A stretch of DNA of 64,000 nucleotides from a virus (taxonomy: Duplodnaviria; Caudoviricetes): the IMG/VR virus record IMGVR_UViG_3300029288_000007, positions 27,724-91,723 of that record. One strand, written 5' to 3'. Below, piece by piece: positions 28,614-36,969 of this stretch (positions within the stretch are counted from its first letter, which is position 1; each line of letters opens with the position of its first letter). Under the pieces are notes generated by a model. That model had not been told where the DNA came from. It searched no databases and saw only the letters and a program-made list of their open reading frames with translations. The position numbers were made by a program, and so were the translations under genes.

Positions 28614-30010
28614 ATCAATTTCTCCAACATTTCCTGACGAAAATCCTTACTGGAATCAAAAGTCCAAAGCAAACCGTCCTTGTCCTGTCCAACCGGGATT
28701 AAACCTGCCGCATGGTCCAAACTGAAAGAAATATCTCCTGACAAATTCCACAACTGTTTAACCTCATTTTTAAATGCAGGAGAAAGAAAACCATTATGGC
28801 TTTCAACGTGCTTTTCAAAATCGCCCCAACTTGTCTTCCGGCCCTCTCCGCCTGCAATAAATCTTATCGCGCTTGTAGTATTACCTTGACAAAATTTCCC
28901 CATGCCAAATAAATCACTTACAGAACAACAAACATTGTCATCGTTAATTGGAACGTTGCCAGCGTCAAAAGTCGAACACTGAATCCCGGCCTGTTGAAAA
29001 TAATCCATATATTTTCCTAACAACAAAGAGCCCAACCACTGGGCCTTGGACATAACTTCGTACATCCGCTCAAAATCATATCCCATCCGGGCAAAATTAT
29101 TTTTCACGCCTGTTCCGGCTGCCGAATAACTATAAGTATCAAATGTCATGTGCTTTATTCCAGCCATGACCATATGGTCAATGTAATCGTCAACCATCCC
29201 TTTCTCATCATTCAAAAAAACCATAAATGGTTCAATCCTGGCAACAACCCGAATACCGCCATCGACTAAATTCTTACAGGCGCGCATGCGTTCTTTAAAT
29301 TTCGGAGCGCCGGGCTCAAGATTTTTCAAAAAAGTTTCGTTCGATGAAATCATTGTAACGTGAACCGCCGCGCCAGCTTTATTGCGGGCAAAAGCCTTGA
29401 CATATTCATCGTCGCCAACCAAATCTGATTTTGTGTTGACCATAACCGGGTAATCATTATCGGCGAGATAATTTAACATTGACAATGCGACTTTATGTTT
29501 TGTTTCTATTGGGCGAACAAAATCCTCAAATCTGATTCCTAATCTTATTGGCATTTCCATAGAAATTGCCTTTGGAACCTCAGCCAGTTCTTTTTTGGAA
29601 CCGCGATACTTAAAAAGAGAGTCAAGTTCCGCCTTAAAAAAATCAGGACTGCAAACCCTCATCCCCATTCCTTTTGTATTATCAAAAAACGAAGAATACA
29701 AACTGGCCCGGGCATAATCAGCAAAACAATACTTACAATGATAAGGACACATCTTTGAATCATAAATATCAATATTCAAAGACATTGGACAAGCCTGAGA
29801 GCGCAGACTAACTTCAATAAAAGATTTCATTTCTTCCAAGTTTAAAAGGCGCTCTTTTTTTAACAAATCCCCTTTCAAAATATCAAATTGAAAATAATTC
29901 GTTTTCCGGCCCTTTTCTTTTACAAGACTTTGCTTTTCCTTTTGTTCTATAAAAACAGAAAGTCTTGGTATCAACTTTGAAACTATTTTGCGCAATTCCC
30001 AATAATTCAT
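28610..30010 (-). CDS. radical SAM enzyme, SPL-like (paralog 2)
   Basis: CPYHCKYC, NTKS, LEPGAPKFKER, RIEPF, C-terminal CC; TAATG coupling gives start 30010. Confidence 0.88.
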   Translation of the reverse strand: MNYWELRKIVSKLIPRLSVFIEQKEKQSLVKEKGRKTNYFQFDILKGDLLKKERLLNLEEMKSFIEVSLRSQACPMSLNIDIYDSKMCPYHCKYCFADYARASLYSSFFDNTKGMGMRVCSPDFFKAELDSLFKYRGSKKELAEVPKAISMEMPIRLGIRFEDFVRPIETKHKVALSMLNYLADNDYPVMVNTKSDLVGDDEYVKAFARNKAGAAVHVTMISSNETFLKNLEPGAPKFKERMRACKNLVDGGIRVVARIEPFMVFLNDEKGMVDDYIDHMVMAGIKHMTFDTYSYSAAGTGVKNNFARMGYDFERMYEVMSKAQWLGSLLLGKYMDYFQQAGIQCSTFDAGNVPINDDNVCCSVSDLFGMGKFCQGNTTSAIRFIAGGEGRKTSWGDFEKHVESHNGFLSPAFKNEVKQLWNLSGDISFSLDHAAGLIPVGQDKDGLLWTFDSSKDFRQEMLEKLI

Positions 30011-30846
30011 TAAGCACCTATATTCCAAAATAAAATCGGTTTTTTAAATCTAATATTATTATACTCCGTTTCCTTATAATCCATTAAAAATTTATATGCC
30101 TTTAAATCGTAATATGGATTGCAAGGGAATGGAGCAAAAAAATCAACCTTTTGAGTGTATTCATAACCCAAATCAACCATCTGGAAAAAATCATCATTTA
30201 AAACCGCGCCTGCCATTCCCAAAATTAAAGATTTCTTTTGTCTGATTTTCTTTGATGGACGACAAAGAACTCCAATCACCTGCGCTTTTGATTTTGTCTT
30301 CAATACTCCTTTTAAAACTCCTGCCGCCATGGTCCCGCTGCCAACACACATTACAATGGTATTAAATTTTTTACATTTACTCAAAGCAAATTCAAGATAA
30401 ACCTCTCTTATTGTTTCTATGAAAGGAAGGCCAAGAGGAAGCATTACTGCGCCCGGGCCGTATTGTTCTCTTAATATATTTTTTGATATGTGATAATTCA
30501 CTTTTGCCATCCCGGCAGGGATATCAATCATCTTCGCGCCAAACTCAATCCACTTTGAACGATGTAAAGTCAAAACCTCATTCGGCGTTTTATAAATAGG
30601 ATTAAAAATAACAGCAGTCATCCCCAATTGCTTTGCCATCCAAGCAACACCCCATCCAGCCATTGAGATACTGGTTTCAGTGTAACCAATTGTTTCCACG
30701 CCTTTTGCCTTTAACGCAAGCAAGCGCGAATATAATCCGCGAACCTTAGCAAAGGGAGGCCCGGGAGGAAAACAGGCTAAATCCTCTCTTTTGACGTAAA
30801 TGTCGCCATACTTCTCAATTGGAGTATTGTTCTGTATCAATTCCAC
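30010..30846 (-). CDS. fold-type II PLP-dependent enzyme (ACC deaminase/D-cysteine desulfhydrase-like)
   Basis: IYVKREDL, AKVRGL (Schiff-base Lys), VGSGTMAAG, PYYDLKA, LFWNIG. Confidence 0.85.
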   Translation of the reverse strand: MELIQNNTPIEKYGDIYVKREDLACFPPGPPFAKVRGLYSRLLALKAKGVETIGYTETSISMAGWGVAWMAKQLGMTAVIFNPIYKTPNEVLTLHRSKWIEFGAKMIDIPAGMAKVNYHISKNILREQYGPGAVMLPLGLPFIETIREVYLEFALSKCKKFNTIVMCVGSGTMAAGVLKGVLKTKSKAQVIGVLCRPSKKIRQKKSLILGMAGAVLNDDFFQMVDLGYEYTQKVDFFAPFPCNPYYDLKAYKFLMDYKETEYNNIRFKKPILFWNIGA

Positions 30847-31882
30847 AATCCTTTAAAGAATAAACTTTTTCGTTTTTGCCTAAAATCGCAGCCAGGCCCT
30901 CATGATAATCTCCAACGCCATCCCAACAAAACTTCATAGTTTCCTCAAAAGAATTCCCCGCCAACAACATTCTTTTAACGGTCATCACATTAAATGTCGT
31001 TGGATTAGGGACATCAATCCCGCAACAAGTATTTGTCTCTTCGCAATAACTTCCTGAATTAACAAAATCCGGGCAGCCCAAAATCACGCCGTTCTGTTTT
31101 GCAATATCAATCAATTTCTGTAAAATTGGCTTCCAGTGTTCATCCTGATTATAATGCCATATTTTTTCAATATCAATCCCAATATTGTGCAACCGCTTAG
31201 CAACAAAATCATTAAAATGAAAATTGTAAGTATTGTAATTTTTTATTCCCCACGACTTCAATCTTTTAACGATATCCTCAAATTGCTTAATGGTATGATA
31301 CCCAGGGATAAAAGGTTCTCCATTAACGGCGACAGAAACTCCCCTTGCCCTCAAATAACACAAAAAATCAATTCTTTCCTGAACAGGGGTTGTTCTGGTG
31401 CGTTCCAAGATTTCCCAATCATTCTCCGCGCCGGGAGAAATTATCGGTTGAACAAAAATCAAATGTTTATTTTCAATAATAAAATCTCTGTGTGGAATCA
31501 AATTCTCGGTGAACATTGTTTGGATTAAAAAAGACCAATTCAAACCAACAAGAATTTCCAAAACCCGGGCTGATACTTTATGCTCAAGTTCTGCTGGTTG
31601 GAATGGGTCTGCCTTATTCCCAAAACGGATTGTTTTCTTCTGTCTCAAAGCCCAAGACAATGGCGACTTCGGCTCTTTGTTTTTTAAACCATTGATTAAC
31701 GTTCTTTCAAAATTCTCAACGTCCAATGGGCGCAAATCTTTCCCCCAAACATGATTTAATCGTCTCAAATAACAATGATGACAATTCGCTTGACAATTCC
31801 AATAACTGTCAAGAGAAAGACTCAAAGGACAATAAAGAGAGTCTCCGCGAATAGTTAAACCATTTTGAAGATTTTTACTCAA
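30815..31882 (-). CDS. radical SAM enzyme, SPL-like (paralog 1)
   Basis: CQANCHHC, GNKADPFQPAE, EPFIPG, GCPD...TCCG; probable TTG start 31882 after GAGGA. Confidence 0.88.
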   Translation of the reverse strand: MSKNLQNGLTIRGDSLYCPLSLSLDSYWNCQANCHHCYLRRLNHVWGKDLRPLDVENFERTLINGLKNKEPKSPLSWALRQKKTIRFGNKADPFQPAELEHKVSARVLEILVGLNWSFLIQTMFTENLIPHRDFIIENKHLIFVQPIISPGAENDWEILERTRTTPVQERIDFLCYLRARGVSVAVNGEPFIPGYHTIKQFEDIVKRLKSWGIKNYNTYNFHFNDFVAKRLHNIGIDIEKIWHYNQDEHWKPILQKLIDIAKQNGVILGCPDFVNSGSYCEETNTCCGIDVPNPTTFNVMTVKRMLLAGNSFEETMKFCWDGVGDYHEGLAAILGKNEKVYSLKDCGIDTEQYSN

Positions 31883-31901
31883 AAAACATTCCTCAACAAA
31901 A

Positions 31902-31939
31902 TTAATGAAGGGCAGCAGGGGCAAACCGCCCTTCATTAA
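31902..31939 (-). terminator. intrinsic terminator/attenuator hairpin
   Basis: 12-bp stem TTAATGAAGGGC/GCCCTTCATTAA followed by U-rich run. Confidence 0.65.
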
Positions 31940-31965
31940 CAAATTTTAAAATTCTGGCCGAAAGA

Positions 31966-32544
31966 TTATTTAATGCAAACTTTTCCGTCGTCCAGACGTA
32001 TGGCGCCGAAACCCTTCAACACAGACAACGCGACATTCGTTGCCCACTTAGATTCCTTCTCATTGGACTTGCCGCCTTCCTTGGCGTAAGCTTCATCTGC
32101 CGCTTTTACAATAGCAGCAACTTCAACGCCGGACGTATTCAACGAAGAAAGAATTGTCTCGCCTGTAACTTCCAGCCGGTTCTTTTTGGCCGGTTTTGGC
32201 GCTTTGGGTTCTTTGGCCGGTTTTGGCGCTTTGGGTTCTTTGGCCGGTTTTGGCGCTTTGGGTTCTTTGGTTGCTTTGGACTTCTCGGGAGTCTTTTCAA
32301 CAACCTCGGCCACGGTGATTTTCTGATAATAAACGGCCACACTCTCCGGCCCTTTCCAGTTCCCCTGGTCGTCGTCCGGGATGGACAACACGCCTTTTAT
32401 AAAATCGTCAACGATTTCCTGTTTGCTTTTCCCGACAGTAACAATCTTGGGAGTCAATAACTCGCAAGCATTGAGGTCTTTAACTGCCGCCGCCAGTTCT
32501 TTGAACTGAATTTTTCCAATTTCAATTGTTTTAACCATCTTCAT
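31966..32544 (-). CDS. histone-H1-like repeat DNA-binding protein
   Basis: (KEPKAPKPA)x3 linker between two small domains; own promoter and terminator. Confidence 0.65.
   Translation of the reverse strand: MKMVKTIEIGKIQFKELAAAVKDLNACELLTPKIVTVGKSKQEIVDDFIKGVLSIPDDDQGNWKGPESVAVYYQKITVAEVVEKTPEKSKATKEPKAPKPAKEPKAPKPAKEPKAPKPAKKNRLEVTGETILSSLNTSGVEVAAIVKAADEAYAKEGGKSNEKESKWATNVALSVLKGFGAIRLDDGKVCIK
32185..32270. repeat. 27-bp coding tandem repeat x3
   Basis: tttggccggttttggcgctttgggttc repeated three times. Confidence 0.9.
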
Positions 32545-32595
32545 TCTCCTTTTCTTTTTGTCTTATTTTTTTTGTTCTTTTCCCCTTATGATTTT

Positions 32596-32630
32596 ATTAT
32601 ACTCCCGAATGCATAAAATCCAAAAATTAT
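32596..32630 (-). promoter_or_regulatory. putative phage promoter (GGAGTATAAT family)
   Basis: TTTGGA-N17-TATAAT with GGGAG before the -10. Confidence 0.68.
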
Positions 32631-32642
32631 TTTATGATATTT

Positions 32643-34166
32643 TTAATCTTTTTTTATCCACTCGTCATCTAAAAACGGTTGACCCAACGCAAGTGATTGT
32701 AATACCATAACTTCTCCTGCAAAACTAAATTCCTCATGACGATGTGCAATAACACTTATTCTAGAAACCCCTTGTTCTTTTTCTTCTGGGGTTTGATTAA
32801 TTCCATATAACAAATCTACATGGGCCAATTTACGAATATCCTCGGCTGTATCTTCCTGCTCTAAACTTTTTTTGCTAATAGATTTCCGCGTACTTTGAAG
32901 CACCGTAGCCACTAAACAATGGCGCTTGGATGCCTGTCCTTTTCCTTTCTTCCAAACATAATCTGCCACGGCCCTTTCTGATAGACCGCTCATTCCGCTC
33001 CCCGGGTTTGATATGTCAAAATAATCATAACAAATTAAATCTGGAACAAAATTTTCTTGAGTCTCAAGTTCATCCAAATCGCGTTCTGCATCATCAAAAG
33101 AAGCGGAAAAAGAAGGGTATGCCATAATCCTCAAATTGTCGCCATAGAGCATTCTGAAATCTTTTACCTTTTTACTGACGGCCCTTGAATCAAATTCTTT
33201 GGTTTGATGTTGTATGGACCACCACGTAGCTGTTTCATAATCAGAGTTTTCATTCGCCCTGCAATATTGACAAGCCTTATAATCCTTAAATCGCTTGAAC
33301 TCCGGAGTTGGCGCTCCCGGCGCTTTAATTGAAACATTACAAGTTCTCTCGTCCTTTTTACAAGTCCCGTCCTGATTCTTTTGACAATCAAAAATCGGAT
33401 ATTTGTGGTCTCCCGTATAAGAGGCCAAGGAAGCCAAACGTTTATACAACCTTTTTGAAATGGCAATTTTATTCATCTCAAAAGAAAAATATGCAACCTT
33501 CAATCCGTTTTCCAACGCCATAATAGCAAGTTCCTGCAACCACCAACTCTTGCCGCGCTTCATTGGCGCCATAAAAGCAATCAACCAATCCCTTTCAAAT
33601 GGACCAGAAAGTTCTCCAAGATTGCCGGACAATTTAAAAAGCCGATTTGTTTCATCTTCAGCAAACACCTGATTAACACTGTTGACATCAAGAGGATTGA
33701 ACCAAGCACTCATATCCTTTGCAACTTTATTAAAATTTCTTAATTCTGCCTCGGCCTGGTCTAATTGTCCTTTAGCAAGCAAACCCTTTATCCTGTCAGA
33801 AAGTAAATCCAAAGCACGCTCTCTAAAATAATCTCTGGAATGGTCTTTTAATAAACCAGAATGGGGGTTTGAAGAATCAAAACTATCTGACAATTCTGAA
33901 AGGAATATTTTAATCAATTCGCTTTCAGCTTCTTTTAATTTTTCCTGCTCAACAAGGAAAATATTTTGGATGTCTTTGCCCGGAGCTTTTTTGTACAATT
34001 TATAATAATCAGAACACCAAGAAAAAACTTGCCGGGCATAATCCATTTTAAAATATTGTTTTTTGGCCATCTTAACTATTTGGCCACAGAAAATATTATC
34101 TGTAATAATGCCTGTTATAATTCTCTTTTCTATTTCCCCTGAAGAAACTCCGCGCCTAATAATCAT
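32643..34166 (-). CDS. DnaB-like (SF4) replicative helicase
   Basis: Walker A APMKRGKS, SFEM, YDYFD, TVLQS, AEDIRK; Cys-rich insertion. Confidence 0.85.
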   Translation of the reverse strand: MIIRRGVSSGEIEKRIITGIITDNIFCGQIVKMAKKQYFKMDYARQVFSWCSDYYKLYKKAPGKDIQNIFLVEQEKLKEAESELIKIFLSELSDSFDSSNPHSGLLKDHSRDYFRERALDLLSDRIKGLLAKGQLDQAEAELRNFNKVAKDMSAWFNPLDVNSVNQVFAEDETNRLFKLSGNLGELSGPFERDWLIAFMAPMKRGKSWWLQELAIMALENGLKVAYFSFEMNKIAISKRLYKRLASLASYTGDHKYPIFDCQKNQDGTCKKDERTCNVSIKAPGAPTPEFKRFKDYKACQYCRANENSDYETATWWSIQHQTKEFDSRAVSKKVKDFRMLYGDNLRIMAYPSFSASFDDAERDLDELETQENFVPDLICYDYFDISNPGSGMSGLSERAVADYVWKKGKGQASKRHCLVATVLQSTRKSISKKSLEQEDTAEDIRKLAHVDLLYGINQTPEEKEQGVSRISVIAHRHEEFSFAGEVMVLQSLALGQPFLDDEWIKKD

Positions 34167-34183
34167 CCATTAATCCCTTTCAA

Positions 34184-35539
34184 TTATAGAAAATCTGCCG
34201 CTGACAATGCTCCATTTGAATCTGCCGGTACTTTTGTTTTAAATCTTGAGGGTTGATTGCTAGAATCCCAACCCGGGACAATATAACCAATCTCCTTTAA
34301 AAAAGGAGTCAAGTCATCTGTAAAAAATTGTTCTCCTTGAATCCAATATGGAATTGATTTAAAATCATAATCTTTCTTTTCCTTTAAAAATCTCCATATA
34401 AAATTTACGCAAGTGTAAGGCAATTTGTTGTTGTGAGAATTGTCCTTTTTAAAATCCTTCAATCCAACAAAGTAATTATAAGTCCTTTCTGCGGTTTTCC
34501 TTAGAATATTTTTATCCCTCAATGTAAACCGTTTTTCGCCGGGCCATGTATTTGTTAGCGCTTCTGTTATATCTGGCCTCTTGTCTTTATATTCCTTTGA
34601 GTAACGTTCTTGTAAATCTCCCCAATTCAACGAACATTCGTCAAACCAACTTGTAATATTAATTCCGATTTTCTTTAAATTTTCAACCGCTGTTTTTATC
34701 GGTCTAAAAAAATCAGGCAGACCAACAACAACTCCATAAAATCCATTATTTATTTTTGAATATGGCATTGATAATAACATTTGGTAATGGAATATGGCTT
34801 TTTTTATATCTTTTGCAGAATTCCCCATATTCAATGCAAATTCAATAGCATCCAAAGCTTTATGGAATTGTTTTGTTTTTGGATTTAAAGTATGTTTTAT
34901 AAGTGGAGATGGCAACGAATTCCAAAATAACATAATTTCTTTTGCTTCCTTTGTGTGACCAGGAAAAATAAGAAATTCTTCTATTGTAAGGATGTCAGGA
35001 TTTATTTTGCCTCTGTTTATTTTTACAGGAGAGTTACTTACAATAGAATTATCAGCGGCGGGACTGGTTGCGTCAGCAACCATTTCTACTTCGTTAGAAG
35101 TAGAAAGTATTATTTCTTTATTATTATTTATCCCGCATTTTGCGGTATCTAGTTCCCGCATTTTGCGGTATCTGGGCAAATCATTTGCAATTTCTTTTAG
35201 CCGTTCGTCTATATATTCAATCATTTTAATAGAATCAATCTTATAAAAGTTTTTTGCTGGACAGCCGCGCCGTTCCTTTTGCAATATTTTTAATTCTTCA
35301 AAATATTTTATAAAATTTGATTGTTTATCTGGAGCAATACCGGTCTGGTCATAAATATATTCTTGAGTTATGAAAAAGAAATCGTCCTCTGGAAGGTTAT
35401 TCTGCTCCATTAACATGCCGCGCCAATCATATAAAACAGCCATCCATACAGCTTTTTCAACGCCAAAAACACGAACAGAAGATTTATTTATACCCCAGTA
35501 ACCGCCGCTCAAAACATTTGATAGATTATTGTTATTCAT
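34184..35539 (-). CDS. replication initiator protein (N-terminal wHTH)
   Basis: FFITQEYIYDQTGI...ERRGCPAKNFYKID; internal repeats; upstream of helicase. Confidence 0.7.
   Translation of the reverse strand: MNNNNLSNVLSGGYWGINKSSVRVFGVEKAVWMAVLYDWRGMLMEQNNLPEDDFFFITQEYIYDQTGIAPDKQSNFIKYFEELKILQKERRGCPAKNFYKIDSIKMIEYIDERLKEIANDLPRYRKMRELDTAKCGINNNKEIILSTSNEVEMVADATSPAADNSIVSNSPVKINRGKINPDILTIEEFLIFPGHTKEAKEIMLFWNSLPSPLIKHTLNPKTKQFHKALDAIEFALNMGNSAKDIKKAIFHYQMLLSMPYSKINNGFYGVVVGLPDFFRPIKTAVENLKKIGINITSWFDECSLNWGDLQERYSKEYKDKRPDITEALTNTWPGEKRFTLRDKNILRKTAERTYNYFVGLKDFKKDNSHNNKLPYTCVNFIWRFLKEKKDYDFKSIPYWIQGEQFFTDDLTPFLKEIGYIVPGWDSSNQPSRFKTKVPADSNGALSAADFL
35111..35173. repeat. two 20-bp iteron-like direct repeats plus AT-rich tract (putative origin)
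   Basis: tcccgcattttgcggtatct at 35131 and 35154. Confidence 0.65.
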
Positions 35540-35556
35540 TTGATTCTCCCGGAAAT

Positions 35557-35715
35557 AAAAAACCTCAACACATGAGGCCGGTCAGCTTGCCGGCGTGACA
35601 AATATACAGAGACACAAACAAAAAAAAGCACCACTGTAAAAATGCAAACCGGCCTCATCTATTGAGGTTTTGCAAAGTGTTTGTCGTCTCCAATTACTAT
35701 CTGCTCGCCAGCATC
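35557..35715 (-). promoter_or_regulatory. structured leader of initiator gene
   Basis: Long stem aaaacctcaa..atgaggccggt / accggcctcat..ttgaggtttt; loop complementary to flanking sequence. Confidence 0.55.
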
Positions 35716-35755
35716 GTAAATATAGACTATTTTGCCGGCGAATAAAAGATATTTT

Positions 35756-36694
35756 TTAATTAAAAATAATTTGGCGAATTTCCATTGCTTCCTGGAAAGT
35801 TTGTTCCCCGGGGTCTCCATTTGTCAACTGCAAAATTTCAACGTAAGGGAATGTCCCGCAAATGTTATTCGCTAATTCTTCAGATTGTTTAATCGCATCT
35901 GGGTCATACAAAATAAAAACCTTTTTTGGCGCCTTCTTTTTTAATAAAAGTATTTGTTCGTGAGTCATTCCTTTGCGCCACGTACAAATAAAACCCGGCC
36001 CCATACGCCAAACATCCGTTGCTCCCTCAACAATAACAGCAATGTCTTTAACAGAATCAATATTATAAAGGCAAGCATTGACAGGGATAATGGCTTCCTC
36101 TGGAGTGCAATTTAAGTATGGAACAACTCCTTCTTTGCGAAGGGTTGCAGCGGCGACAAAAGAAACAACTTTGCCATTTATGATATTTGGAATGATTATT
36201 CTAAAACGATACTTTTGAGTTCCAGTATTATAAACAGCCTTCAACTGATATTGTTTTATTAAAAGGTCTGGGTCAAAATTTCTTCCAATAAGATAATTCC
36301 TATGTGGCTCAGGCAAGTAATCCAATATCCCTTGGGGCAAGTGTAAATTTCCACTTGCTTTCTCCTTTTTTGTGTTTAGGGTTCCACTTTGTTCTTGAGG
36401 TTGGGCAATTATATCTCCATCGCAAAAAGGAGCAACAAGAACGTAAATATTCTTGTCTTTAAAAATCTCCATTTCCTTTAACAAATGGGTAATATATTTT
36501 TCCTTGCCTTCGTCACAAACCCAGCAATGCCAACCAAGACTGGACAAATTAATTCCGCAATGAAAAGATGAATCTCCGCAAAAGGGACATACTTCAAGAT
36601 TAATCCAGCCGCGCGAAACGTTTTTGCCCCGGTCTTTAAAGGAAATATCATGTGCCGTCAAAAAGGCTTTGATGTCAAGATTTTCAATCCCCAT
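35756..36694 (-). CDS. DNA primase (zinc finger + TOPRIM)
   Basis: CPFCGD..HCWVC, IVEGATD, YDPD, DPG. Confidence 0.88.
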   Translation of the reverse strand: MGIENLDIKAFLTAHDISFKDRGKNVSRGWINLEVCPFCGDSSFHCGINLSSLGWHCWVCDEGKEKYITHLLKEMEIFKDKNIYVLVAPFCDGDIIAQPQEQSGTLNTKKEKASGNLHLPQGILDYLPEPHRNYLIGRNFDPDLLIKQYQLKAVYNTGTQKYRFRIIIPNIINGKVVSFVAAATLRKEGVVPYLNCTPEEAIIPVNACLYNIDSVKDIAVIVEGATDVWRMGPGFICTWRKGMTHEQILLLKKKAPKKVFILYDPDAIKQSEELANNICGTFPYVEILQLTNGDPGEQTFQEAMEIRQIIFN

Positions 36695-36969
36695 TATTTT
36701 AAAAAATAACTTTCTTCTTTTCTACTTCTTGCGGTCTGGAAAGTCTCAATGGTTATTTTTTTGCCTCTTTCTCTTAGAGTCTTAAATATTTTGGAAAAAT
36801 CAAGACTCATCTTTCTGGCAAAGGAGGCTCTTGCGGTATCATCTTTGATGCCATCAATTTCTATTCCATTCGCAGCCAGAGTTTTTGCAATAAGCGCCGC
36901 CATTATTGATTTGCCTTCTTTACAACCGCCAACAATTATAATTCTCATACTTTTCTCCTTTACATCCAT
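36694..36969 (-). CDS. small P-loop-like protein
   Basis: IIIVGGCKEGKS; probable start 36948. Confidence 0.55.
   Translation of the reverse strand: MDVKEKSMRIIIVGGCKEGKSIMAALIAKTLAANGIEIDGIKDDTARASFARKMSLDFSKIFKTLRERGKKITIETFQTARSRKEESYFLK

Noticed and set aside
25015-31882. Simple spore photoproduct lyase repair or 7-deazaguanine (QueE) pathway
   Set aside because: Three divergent paralogs with PLP and transferase partners; no folE, queC, queD or dpdA genes seen
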